Assembly (NCBI RefSeq): GCF_009914755.1
Contig: NC_060931.1
Reading direction: 5' to 3' (one strand)
Length of the DNA: 64,000 nucleotides
From: the human T2T-CHM13v2.0 reference genome, Homo sapiens
The notes under the pieces are model-generated. The model saw nothing but the letters and a program-made list of their open reading frames with translations, did no database searches and had not been told where the DNA came from. This document shows, in pieces, positions 45,001 through 57,608 of this stretch. Within the stretch, counting starts at the first letter, position 1, and every line of letters starts with the position of its first letter. The translations under genes were made by a program, and so were the position numbers.

Positions 45001-45469
45001 AATAAATAGTCACAGTTGAGTTTGAGAGAGAAAAATTAGCCCTTTAGTTAGCACTAAAACTAGTCTAAAATTGGCCATCTGGCTTGTCTCTGATATACTC
45101 TGATATCATATTGTATCATCAGACATTGTAAAAAGAAATACCAGGCATAAACTGCTAACCTTAGAATACAATTTAACCTCAGTATTCTCCACAAAAAAGT
45201 AACAGAATCTGTTTCTCTAAGGTACCTGAGTTGATTCTAAGTGAAAAATATCAGGTTATTCTCACTACTATCTATTTTCCATGTTTCCAGAATGAGAGTG
45301 CAAATCTGAGCACCGTATTTAAAAATAAATAGATCTGAGAATAAAGAAAACCATGTTTTCACCCAGATGCCTGCATTTCCATCAACAAGTGCTGAAACAC
45401 CACGCGAACTGTTGTAGCTGATTAACCCAGCATATTTCTAGGAAGTACATTAGTTTGGTATTAGTAGGG

Positions 45470-47100
45470 TGCAAAGTACAAAGGTCAGAGAGGGAAGTAG
45501 AGAAGGGCCAGACCACATCACACCTTACAGCAGATACTACTAAGCTGAGATTTTTTTGACCTGTAAGACATGGGAGTCACTGAAAAAGTGAAAACAGAGG
45601 AGCAATGTAAGCAGAGACTGGATGAGATTTTCACTCTGCTAGCAGCGTAGAGCTACTTTAGTGAATATGGTATTCCCTAGCCACGTGTCTACTGAGCATT
45701 TGAAATGTGACCATGACCACAAGTTGAAAGAATATTCTGGATAAACTAGATCAAATAAACTATATTATTATAATCAATACCACCTGTTTATTTTTATTTT
45801 TAAATGTAGCCACTAGAATAGGTAAAACTGTATATATGCCTTGTATAATACATCTCAATTGGACAGTACTTGTATAGATGAAAAACTGTGAGGAGGAAAA
45901 TACACTAACAATGATGAGAACAAGGTAGACTATTGCAATCGCCAAGGTGAGAGAGGACAGTCTCAGCCAGAATATTAAGAATGGAGAAGAACAAAAGAGA
46001 AAAGCTCAAAAGAAGAAAGAAAAGATGCAGGACTTGGTGACTGACTGAGTATAAGGAGTCAGAGAGAAGGCATTTGTTCATTCATTCATTCATTCAAACA
46101 CATCATTATTGCATGCCTAGGATATGCAGGTACCATGATGGTTATACTATAATGAGCTAAATGGAAGTCGGAAATGCTTACCAACTCTCTGGTTTGAGAA
46201 ACTGAGGAAAGGCTGTTATCACCCATTGAAATAGCAAACAGGAAAGAGGAACACTTTTATTATCATCAAATGTATCAAGTATGAAGTGTGTGTAGGTTAT
46301 TTAAGTGGAAATGTCTGGGAAGCAATTGGATGTCATGATCTGAAGTGTAACAGAAATGCCTACGCTGAAGCTAGAGAATATGGAAATAGCAGCAGACCCA
46401 TAAAAGGGTTTGCTCCAGGAGAGGTTGTAGAGTGATAAGGTCAAGGGTCCAAGACAGAACAGTGACACAAAAATTCTGAAAAGGAGAGAGAGGACAGACA
46501 GCAAGTTCACTAACAAATAGCCATGTATGAACAAGAAAAATTCATAAAGAGTAGAATCACAAAAACCAAAACAGAAGAACTTTTTAAGGAAGTAACATTC
46601 AATAGAATCAAATACAAAAGAAAAGTACATAATTTCAGAGAAGCATTGAAAAGTATACACAATGCCAGAAAAAAAATCAAAAAGTATTTGGCAAGTCAGA
46701 GATCACTGATGACCTTCATGAAGGCGATCCCAATGGTAGGAACAAGCAGGACTGCCAAAGACTCCAAAAGGCGAAAGAGCAAAGGAGAGGCAAGAAAGAC
46801 CAAGTATAAACAACTGTTTCTAAAATCTTAACTATAATAAAAAAATAATAAAGTAGTGAGCACAGAATCAAGGGATGGTTTGGGGTATTGTCATTTTTTA
46901 TTTTGGACATGAGAGAGACCTGAGCATGTTCAAAAGCTCAGAAAAGCAATCAGTACAGAAAAGCTGATTAAAGGGGCAAGAAATGGAATAACTAATGGAG
47001 CAAGAGCCTGAGGAACTGGGAGAGAAGACCTAGAACACAGATGGACAGGCAAACCTGAACAGAAGAAAGAACACCTCTTCGTCCAGAAATGAAAGTGAAG
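45470..47100 (-). mobile_element. L2 fragments (with nested MER3/MER33-like hAT at ~45650-45870)
   Basis: caggacttggtgactgactgag, ttcattcattcattcaaac, tttggcaagtcagagatcactgatgacctt (reverse L2); ctagccacgtgtctactgagcatttgaaatgtg...taaatgtagccactagaa...attggacagtact (MER33/MER3-like). Confidence 0.65.
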
Positions 47101-48310
47101 GTGGCTCAAGAGGCAAAGATAAATTCAGAAGCAGGTAAGAACTCTAGGTTCTGTATTAAAATATTACTCAGGTTATACAGTAATTACCGGGCACCTTTAG
47201 CTAACAGTAGCTGCAAATGTGGTTCCATACTTCCAAGGATTTAATATTTATAGCAAATATTCGAAAGCCAAGGACACAGATTCATCCAGGTAGGGGAGAG
47301 TCATCTTTAATCTACTCTGTGGCCAGTCATCTATACTCTACTACACAAAAAATAAACCTGTGAGAAATGATTGCCATTAGTCATGGAGGAAGAAAATGTA
47401 GACTAGAGTGATTGGGGACAGGGAACCCACATATCTCTCTACGGTTTCTATCTATGCACATGGAAGTAGAGAGACTGAAGAGAATAAAGAGGGTTTCTCT
47501 CCTGTCTATATAACCCTAATTAGTTCCTTCCCAAGGCAAGAGTCATAGTTATCATACTTTGCCACAGTTTAAACCTTTTAGATGAAGTTATTGTGCTTTA
47601 AAGAAATGAGCCCAGATTCCCCGGACTTCTACTCTGCCTGTTTCTGGGAGTGGTAGGCATGCCTAGGCAGGATCTGGTCCTCCAGGCTGAGTGGTCATAA
47701 TTATTTTGTGTGATTAAAAAGAATCTCTTGGCCTGCCCATCCTCATCTCTACTCTGCTTCAGTGTCTCCACCTACAATTGAATGAGTGAAGAGTATTGGG
47801 CTTCACTGGACCAGAAAACCGAGCTACGCCTACAAAACCAAGACTCATGGTTCAACACTCCTCATTGAAAAAGTCAGACATTGAGGGCTATCCAGCCTTT
47901 GTCCACCTTTTAAACAGTACTTTATTTCCCTGTTGGCTTCTATACATTTTTATAAATAATGCATCAGTCCAGAATCCCAGAAGGCAGGAGGGGTAGGTGG
48001 AGGATTCAATAATCAAAATCTCACCTTGAACCTCCAAAAACCCTAGTGACAAACTAAAATGTGCACTAAGTTTTTCTGCCTCTTTCTTTTTCATTTTTCT
48101 TTTTCTCACTCTGCCCCTCCTGAAATCCCCCTCCTTCCACTTTTATATGTTCAAGCCCATGAATATTCAGTTTATATGTCACCTTATCAAGGAAGTTTTC
48201 TCTGACCTGTCCAGTTACATTTCAGTATCACTGCCTCATCTATGCTCTTGTGTCTTATTTATATCTCAATTAAGCACTTGGTTATAATTAGTTATTTAAT
48301 TGTATCTCCC

Positions 48311-48463
48311 AGCCAGGTGAGGTGGCTCACATCTTCAACCCCAGCTACACAGGACACTGAGGTGGGGGAAACATTTGAGATCAGGAGTTTGAGGTTGTAA
48401 TGAGCCATAACTATACCAGTGCACTCCAGCCCGCGTGGCAGAGTGAGAGCCCCCATCTCTAAA
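48311..48463 (+). mobile_element. Fossil Alu monomer (FAM/FRAM-like)
   Basis: agccaggtgaggtggctcac...cccagctac...tcaggagtttgaggttgtaatgagcc...gcactccagcc...gagtgagagcccccatctct; TSD aattgtatctcc (48298-48309 / 48683-48694) also encloses the following GA tract. Confidence 0.85.
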
Positions 48464-48467
48464 TGAT

Positions 48468-48682
48468 GAAGAAGAAGGAGGAGAAAGGAGGAGAAGGAGA
48501 AGGAGAAAGGAGAAAGGAGAGAAGAGAGAGGAGAGAGGAGAAAGGAGAGAGGAGAAAGGAGAGAGGAGAAAGGAGAAAGGAGAGAGGAGAAAGGAGAAAG
48601 GAGAGAGGAGAAAGGAGGAGGAGGGAAAAGGAGAAGGAGGAGGGAGGAGGAGGATGAGGAAGAGAAGAGGGGGAGGAGGGGG
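48468..48682. repeat. Polypurine (GA-rich) low-complexity tract
   Basis: ~215 nt of A/G with a single T at 48655; core of GGAGAAA/GGAGAGA heptamers. Confidence 0.97.
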
Positions 48683-50236
48683 AATTGTATCTCCACTAGG
48701 AAATCAGGTAGAGATTGCTGAATTCAGCTTTGTATCTCAGGCCTTGAGTACATTGTCAAGGTTGGTCCCCACTCCAAGTCACAATTCATTCCTACTTCTC
48801 CCAAACTCCTAAAGCACTTTGTAGGGCAGAAACTGGGCCTTGCTGCACTCTATCAGCACTGCCCCTCTATTATTGAAAGAAGACAGAAAGAAGGAGATCC
48901 TGAAGGCCTTTGTATAATAGGTAAAAATCTTTTGACTCTTCAGCCAATCACTGCTCCATTTGGCCTCTAGCTAAGGAATCTCTTAAGCAGCAAGCAAAAA
49001 ATATGATTCATAAACAAGTGAAAATGAGTCACGTAGCAGTAAACAGAACTGGGGCCAGAAAGGCAGCTTTGGAGTTGTCCCCATTCATTTCAAAAAGAGC
49101 ATTTTACATACTTTTTACATATTTACATTTTATGTATTTTTTTAACTGGATAAAGTTAGGAAATACATAAATTGTACTAAATTTAGAATTTCTAACTTGA
49201 TTAATAATGACAAAACACCTTATAAAGTATATTACAGCACACAAAGTACTTCCTAACACTTCCATTTTATAGTTGAGGAAATGAATTTTTAGAAAAATTA
49301 GGTGGGTTCTGTAAGGCCTTATTCATCAACCAATAATGAACAAATGCCTATTTTGTGCAATGCACTGGGATTTCAGCAGCCCTGCCCTCATGCACCTCTT
49401 TCTTATAGGGAAGACGTGTAATAAATAAAATGTATATGTCAAATGGTACTACTGGGAAAATAAGGCAAGGTGGAGGTGGGGGGGCAAGGGTACAGTTTTG
49501 AATAAGATAGCCAAAGAAGGCCTCACTGACAAGTGGCATTTGAGCAAAAAGGGGGTAAGAAAGTCAAGTGGTTGGTACCCTAACCTGAACTATTAACCAA
49601 ATCTTGGATTTGCATTGCTTACACTCCTTTCAATACAGCAATTTGCCCTTTATAAGAGAAAAAGATGCTGACATTCAGGAAAGCAGCAGGGGAAGCAGTA
49701 TCCTGTTCTCTACATTTTGGGCACATTAGAAAAGTGGTTCAGAAAATCCTGTACAAGACCCATAGCGCTACCCTAGGCCGAAGTGAGTCCACAACCACAC
49801 ATTCGGATACTCCAAAAAGATGCCAAGTGGTCCTTTTCATTGACAGGACTAGCAGTATCACTCCAAATGGTAAAATGTTAAAGTTGTAACTAGAGAATGT
49901 TTGATCTTTTTATTGCTGTTTTTAAAGGCAGATGTCCTGAGTGGTTCATTGTGGTTTCTACCATATAAACGTCATTTTACTCTACTGGTTACTTGGCTGT
50001 CATAAGACAGAAAATGAGCTGCCATAAGAAAAGCTGATGGAAAAGGAAAAAAATTACAAATATCTGATCCCATACCCAGGTCACTGTCTTCATCTAAGGC
50101 ATAATTTATCTTTTCCAATGAAATATGTGTACATCTCAATTAATTATCCACTTACCCTCTACTAATCAGAAATAAGATTTGGTTCAGTAAGGCGGGGTGA
50201 AGGAACAAACTCAACCTACCAATTGCTCCACATGAA

Positions 50237-50504
<268 letters not shown>

Positions 50505-52009
50505 TGATAAATAACCTGATATAATAATCTAGACAAGTCAATCTTTGCTGAATAAATAACTTCCCCATGAGTAATCCTTCCTATGCCCAGTTTTCCCCAA
50601 TCCTTAATATCATTGCTCTTTTTAGACTCATACATTCATTCACTTAACAAACATAAACTGAATGTTTAAGATAAGGCAAATACTTTGTATGACTGGTTTT
50701 CTATTTGAAAATAGAGTGTGTGACTATACAAATACATATATACATAAAGGTACATCAATTTATATACATTGGCCCTATGTAACCCCCATTTGAGAATATT
50801 TCTAAGCATGCCAGCTACTCAAATTCAAGTGTGAAGGTATGTGTATTTGGGTGTGTGTGAATGAATGTATGTGAGAGACAAAGGCAGACAGAGAGAGGGA
50901 ATGGATAAGAAGCAAGTAAAGTTACAGCAGACAAGGACATGAAAACTCATAAAAGACTCATGATAAACTGTAAATACATTTAAAGAAAAAGAATAACACA
51001 AGCCTTCACTCCCCTTCCCTGTGCGATCATAATCACTGCCCATCAACTTCTCTGTCCATATCATGTGTGCTCCCTGTGTTCCTTGAAGGTTATGTATAAC
51101 CAAGATCTACCTTTAATGTGTTTGGCAAAAATATCTGTGCCATAAACTATTAGCTGACAAGCAATTATATTCTACCTTGTAAAAGAAAATTAGGCATAAA
51201 ATAACCCCACAAAAAGAAGAGAATGACTGTTTCACAAAAGAGGCAAAAGAGATTTAAACAAGATAATACCATAAGTTTCTATCTCACCATCCATTAATTT
51301 TAAATTTGATTTTGCTTCTTATATCACATAGCACTTATTCAAAAATAGCAGAAGAATACTTCTATCTATCTGTTGTCCTGTAAAAAGAAAAGAAAATACT
51401 ATTATTTGTATTTCTTGTTCAAACACTCTAAGGATAAAAGTACTGTTTTCAAAAATGATGAGGTTCCTGCAGATAACATTTACCCACAGGATTTGAGGCT
51501 TTTTTGTGACATAAAGTGCAGAGTACTTTGAGGATGGTTACAGATGCAATGGCACAGAAAAGGCTTTTAACTTTGGCTCATTTCCTCTGACCACCATGTC
51601 TCCATTCTAAATTACAACCTCTCAAGCTACAGATCCTTTAAAACTAGCTTTTAAACTAGCTTTCTGTGGTATCATCACAAAATAAGAACACTTTGTTACT
51701 TGAAAATAAAAGCACAAAATTATTGGACTCAATAACTGTTCTCATTATTGCAAACCAATAAACAAGGTTCAACAAGAACTCGTTTTAGCTATTGCTTATC
51801 AAGCTGCCAAAAAATAAATCCAAAAGAAACCAAAGAAAAACCTGCCTTAACAATATAGATGGTTTCTTATTCATAAACTATCTTTAACATCAAAAATGGC
51901 TAGCATGTATGCCAGTGTTATTGCCTTGCATAACAGAATCTTAAGCTAAGCACTAAAGTTCTGTCATTCACATCTAGAATAATAATTTTTTTTACAAAAA
52001 CTAAAATAC

Positions 52010-52321
<312 letters not shown>

Positions 52322-52599
52322 CTAAATAACCCCATTTTTAATAGAAATTTGTTTTATGATATAACCCATACCAAATGCTACCTGCTCAGCCAAATCACTT
52401 TTAGAGTCCACACAGCCCTTTATATCTAAAAGAAAATAATAAAAGTGCTAGGAAACAAGAAGTATCTGGGCCAGTTACCCTTGGTTAGGACTGAGAAATT
52501 AGCTGGCACAGACAGCAAGACCGGGACCAAATATTCAACCAGTTGGCTGGGGATAGTGGGTTGAGGTCAAGGAGATGACCCATACAGCTGTAAAATTAA

Positions 52600-54040
52600 G
52601 TATAAAAAGGGGAAATTGGGCAAACAAATAAATATACTGAGGATAATGGGAGCCAGGTTTTCTAATGTTGGAGAAGGAACCTACAAGTACAAAAAGGGGA
52701 AGGAAGAATAAACCCTGTCGTTTGGAATCGAGGAGATCAGTGGGAACATATATTTTTAGATAATCACTGATCAATAGATAGATAGATGGAGATGTATATG
52801 TATATATGTACGTACATATATACATGTAATGTACATATGTATTAGTCCGTTTTCATGCTGCTGATAAAGACATACCCAAAACTGGGAACAAACAGAGGTT
52901 TAATTGGACTTACAGTTCCACATGGCTGAGGAGGCCTCAGTATCATGGCAGGAAGCGAAAAGTACTTCTTACATGGCAGTGGCAAGAGAAAAATGAGGAG
53001 GAAGCAAAAGCAGAAACCCCGGATAAACACATCAGATCTCGTGAGACTTATTCACTACCACGAGAATAGCACAGGAAAGACCGGCCCCCATGATTCAATT
53101 ACCTCCCCCTGGGTCCCTCCCACAACACATGGGAATTCTGGGAGATACAACTCAAGTTGAGATTTGGGTGGGGACACAGCCAAGCCATATCAATATATGT
53201 ATGTACATGCATATATGTACATACATATATACATATAATGTGCAAATCTGTATTTCCTAGGTTTGTTCACTGAAAAGATCTAGAAGCAAAGACACCTCAG
53301 TAGTAAAGAGCAATCTTAGACCCAGTAGCAAAGAGCAACCTTAGCATCCACTAAAAGAAACCAGAAGTCTTTGGTAGCGCCAGGGCTGGGGCAAGAAAAG
53401 TACAAGATAAGCTTGAACCACACCTTTTAACATGAGGAACTGAGAACATAGCATCGCTTTTGTGGTAATAATGCCCAAAATAACAACTTATTCATAAGGA
53501 AACATCAGATAAACCCAAGTAGAGAAACAAAACATAGCTGTACTCTTCAGAAATGTCAAAATCATTAAAGATAAGGCAAGATTAATGAAGATTCCAGATT
53601 GAAGGAGAGCAAAGAGCCAGGGCAGCTAAATACAAGGCTTAGATTCTGGACATATAAAGAACATCATTGGGACAGTTAGTGAATTATGAATTGAATCTGT
53701 GTAATAGACGGTAATATTGTATCAATACTAGTTTCCTATTTTGGTGGTTATACTGAGATTATGTAGGGAAATGTCCTTATTTTTAGAAAATAGTCACTGA
53801 AGTACTAAGGGAGTACTGGGGCATCATGTCTCCAATGTACTCTCAAGCCAAAAAAAAACTTCAAAATAATAATAATGTGTAATGGTAAGAGGAGAGGGAG
53901 GGCAGATTGAGAGAGAGAGAGAGAATATGATAAAGCAACTATAATAAAATTTTAATATTGAAAATTTGAGTGAAAATCATATCAGTTCTTTGTACTATTC
54001 TTGCAATGTTTCTACAAGCTTGAAATCATTGTCAAATGAT
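52600..54040 (+). mobile_element. L1MC4-like 3' region interrupted by THE1A
   Basis: aaataaatatactgaggataatgggagccaggttttc...tatttcctagg...tagaagcaaagacacctcagtag...ttccagattgaaggaga...gttctttgtactattcttgcaa. Confidence 0.82.
52838..53192 (-). mobile_element. THE1A-like MaLR solo LTR
   Basis: tgtattagtccgttttcatgctgctgataaagacatacc...cgagaatagcacaggaaagaccggccccc...gatttgggtggggacacagccaagccatatca; 5-bp TSD acata/atata. Confidence 0.95.
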
Positions 54041-54360
54041 TAAAAAACAAAGACATGTTTGGCCTTAAATGCCCATATAACTATTAAGAAAAACCTTAAC
54101 TCTCTATGAAGGGCCACAATCTGCTCTGAATTTTGAATATAAAAAAGTATGCTTGTGCTAGAGGCTAATACAGCCTATATAATTCTAAGGGCACTAAACA
54201 AATAAAATAAGGATGTTAAAAGGTGTCTTGAACGTGTCTAAAATCTGTAAAATGTTAATTCTCACAGAATACTTGGCTTAGAAAGATGATGTACATTGGG
54301 GAATTATAAATATAAGGATAAAATTGCAAAATTTCCCTGATAGTCACAAAATAAGACCTA

Positions 54361-54740
54361 TGTAGACAACAGTATGCATCACCCAGATCCCCCTTCAAAG
54401 AAGCACTCACTCATGGCCCATATATGGGCAGTGCAGTCAGTAGACAGCCGCCAGGTCAGTAGACTTCAACATCGCCACAGCTGCAGAGAACCGCCCTCCC
54501 TTGGGGTATTCGACATCCTCAGACAGGGCAGGGGTAACTTGAGACAACTCTGAAGGCCACACTGTCTGAGGGCCCCACTGGCTTGTCTAGGGTTCTGTCA
54601 GGCCTGCCTCACAGTTTGGCTTCCTCCCCTGCTCAATCCTGTATCTTTCTTCTTCCTTTCCCCAGGGATGATCCCTAAAATACATCTCACACCCCAAACT
54701 CCATCTCAATGTCTGCTTCTAGGGAACCCAACCTGCCACA
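54361..54740 (+). mobile_element. LTR16-like ERVL solo LTR
   Basis: tgtagac...cccagatcccccttca...gacaactctgaaggcc...ttcctcccctgctcaatcctg...aaactccatctcaatgtctgcttctagggaacccaacctgccaca. Confidence 0.82.
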
Positions 54741-54884
54741 GGACCTCTTTTGTGACTTGACAAAACATAGCTTGATATAGGCACATTTTATAATTTTGTC
54801 TTGTGAGTAGGTAACTTTATTTCCTCAAAAGACAGGTATAAATTTTTTTCAGGTAAATTCTGTCTCTAAATCTCATCCATTTAC

Positions 54885-55008
54885 CTTCTCATGCGGTGTG
54901 ACAGAAAAAGTGTACTTTCCCCTTTTCATGTTAGCCAAATATAAAAGATAATCATTGTTTAAACAACAAATTTCCCTCTTATGGTCCATTAGCTCCTGCT
55001 GCTTGTTC
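54885..55008 (-). other. Candidate internal exon (124 nt) of the inferred minus-strand host transcript
   Basis: Minus strand: tttgttgtatttctatttcactacag|GAACAAG...GAGAAG|gtaaat; one open frame (NKQQELMDHKREICCLNNDYLLYLANMKRGKYTFSVTPHEK); peptide not recognised. Confidence 0.3.
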
Positions 55009-55744
55009 CTGTAGTGAAATAGAAATACAACAAACGATTTCCATGGCAATAGGTAATAATCTAGCAAATGTGAATTTCCGACTTAGCAACAGAACAAAGC
55101 AAGAAGAAATTATGGAACTGCAGTGGGGCTAAATTTCAATTTCTGTGTATTTTTAGTATCACATTTTAAAACAAAAAAGCACAAATGCAGACACATTAAC
55201 ACGTAACTATGAAGAATAAAATTCTAATTATAGGATAAATTCAAGAGACCTCAATAATCAACCTGTAATATCACTCCTTACTTCACTACTAAAATATATT
55301 CAACTAACATAAAACACCTTACCTTACAAATTTGAGAATTCTTACACTTATTTGAAAGCCTATTATCTACTATAATAGCAGTCCCAATTACTGATATATC
55401 CTGTTATTTTCATTTTTAGTAATAATTATAAACATGGCTTATTGCTAATATGTAAACGAAAGATGTTCAAAGGACTAAAGAATCTCTAGGAAGCACAGGA
55501 ATAGAGGAACTGGAAAGACTGCAAGCATCAGGAGCAGCTCTCTTGCTGATACTCCATTAGTCAAGGCTCTCCACTCCCTTGTGGAACATGCAGCACCCTG
55601 TACAGGCTACTCTCTAGTCTGCACCTGCTCTTCTTCCCACCCCTGAGCTTCACACTCACCAAGAGGGGTTGTTTTGTTCCCACACTTATTACCATTTCTT
55701 CTTGTTATAGTAATTATATAGTTTAATTATATTATTCACAATCT

Positions 55745-56070
55745 GATGAAATATGAGTGCAGAAAGGATTATCGTATCCAAGAAAGTAAGTACAACGCTT
55801 TGCAAAGATTTGATAAAGATGAATCACTAAAACTATGAACAAATTAGATATGGGCAATGTTAGACTGTGGACAGTTACAGAAAAAATAATTCAAATCTAG
55901 GATTCTACACTCAGATTGCTTTGTAAGTGTCTTAAATTTCTGCACTTTTAAATAACCCAACGTGAAAATTATAGGTAATGCACTGCCTTCGTTTTATACA
56001 GAATGACTATCCAAAGATGCAAATTTTTTAAAATAAAAAGCTTCAGCCTTATACAATCAGAAAAATGGCA
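55745..56070 (+). mobile_element. Old Tigger (Tigger13a-like) transposase N-terminal relic
   Basis: atgagtgcagaaagg...aacgctttgcaaagatttgataaagatgaatcactaaaa...aaatctaggattctacactcagattgctttgtaagtgtctt; decayed CENP-B-type HTH coding sequence. Confidence 0.65.
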
Positions 56071-56829
56071 AAAAGACAAACAACTACGATAAGAGTATGA
56101 GTTCAAGGAAACCTGAATAGAGGTCCTTAATATATGACAACACGACCATACCTCTCTTTCAGTTGCCTCCACTCTCCAGATGGGATTCCTGCCCTCTGTT
56201 CTAAAGGATGACATTGAGCACTGCCCGCCTTGTCCTTGACCTCAGATATGCACTTCTTCAATCTTAGGCTAACTCTTCTCGGTTGGCAACAGAGGTTCAG
56301 AAAGTGTCTCCTTGCTTCAATGTCCTCTCCTACCTTTGTATATGCAAATTCTTCATTACCAGCTTGATTGCATTTATATCCAGCATACAGCAATGTGCAA
56401 ACTATATTTTCTCTTTGGCTATTAGCGACCCAAGGAGGACCTCAGACAACAACATACTTTTAGCCCCAAAGTCACATGGGCAATCACATTTCCAATCTTT
56501 TAAGCACCCTTCCAATGGATATACTGTCTAACCAGGAAAAAGATTAACTGGACCAGTCAAGTCTCTTTTTCCTATTCTAGCCACATATAAATGATCAATG
56601 CCCCCACCCACTGGAAATGTACAGAAGCTACAATAAAAAGAATTTCCTGCCCAGGGCCAAGAATTTATAGATTTAGATTCTAAAGCATCTGATGTGACTA
56701 CTTTTTTATTTTATTGCCTTAACTTCCTTAGCTACAACTGAACACACTTCCCATCAACCTATTACTTCTTTACCTCCCTCCAGTTTTCCTGGCCTTTAAC
56801 TCAATGCCTCTCCTAAGTATGCTTGAGCT

Positions 56830-57608
56830 GTGTTTACTCAAGCCACCTCTGACATCAAGTGAGAAGTGTTTTTCCTTCTAACACCAACCAATTCTGACAC
56901 AAACTCGAAGTCCCATAATTCAATTAATTCTGATAATAACAACCAGGAGTTAGCATCAGAATTTTTAGTGCTCAGTCCCACAAATCAAGGTCCCTAGGTT
57001 ACACACACTTCTGTCCAACTTGGCTATAAAGTCTGAGGTGGGAGGGTCCTCCCCTCACTTCAGGTTCAGTAATTTGCTAGAGTGGTCATAAAACTCCAAA
57101 AAACACTTTACTTACCATTACTGGTGCATTAAAAGTACCACAAATGAAGAGCCAGATGAGGAGGTAAATCTAGTGAGGTCTGGAAGGGTCCAGAGCATAG
57201 TAGCTTTTGTCCCCATGGAGCTGGGGGGTCCCACCCACCTGGCATGTGGATGTGTTCGCCAATTATAAAAGTCTCAGAACCCAAGCATTTAGGGGTTTTT
57301 GTGGAGGCTGCATTACATAAGCGTTATTCATTAAATCACTGGCCATCAGTGATTAGCTCAATCTCCAGCCCCTTTGCCCTCCCCAGAGGTTGTCACATGA
57401 GATTAAAAGTCCCAAGCTGCTAATCAAGGCTTGGTCTGTTGGGCAACCAGCCTGCAACCTGAAGCTTTTTAAGGGCCCACCAAGAATAACCTCACTAGAA
57501 CAAAAGATGCTCTCATCACCCTAATAACTCAGGAAATTCCAAGGATTTCTGAAGCTCTCTGCTGGGAACTGGAAACAAAAAAAGAAATATCTTTCTACAC
57601 TACTATAA
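56830..57608 (-). mobile_element. MER21-like (MER21C) LTR
   Basis: caattctgacac...ggagttagcatcaga...gctcagtcccaca...caggttcagtaatttgctagag...gaggtctggaagggtcc...attaaatcactggccat...actcaggaaattccaagg. Confidence 0.85.

Noticed and set aside
48292-48696. 134-aa and 64-aa ORFs with S/L/P-rich or E/R/K-rich translations
   Set aside because: Artefacts of translating the GA-rich repeat and the Alu monomer.
51455-51590. Box C (ATGATGA) and box D (CTGA) motifs ~135 nt apart, suggesting a C/D snoRNA
   Set aside because: No terminal stem, no recognisable rRNA guide, and on the strand opposite to inferred host transcription.
52798-52825. 28-bp perfect palindrome atgtatatatgtacgtacatatatacat
   Set aside because: Lies in TA/CATA low-complexity sequence, where such symmetry is expected.
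54841-54858. tttttttcag|gtaaat recursive-splice-like AG/GT motif on +
   Set aside because: Short pyrimidine tract, and on the strand opposite to inferred transcription.
56127-56393. 88-aa minus-strand ORF containing a GAG|gtatgg donor
   Set aside because: No clear acceptor and the peptide is not recognised; ORFs this long arise by chance.
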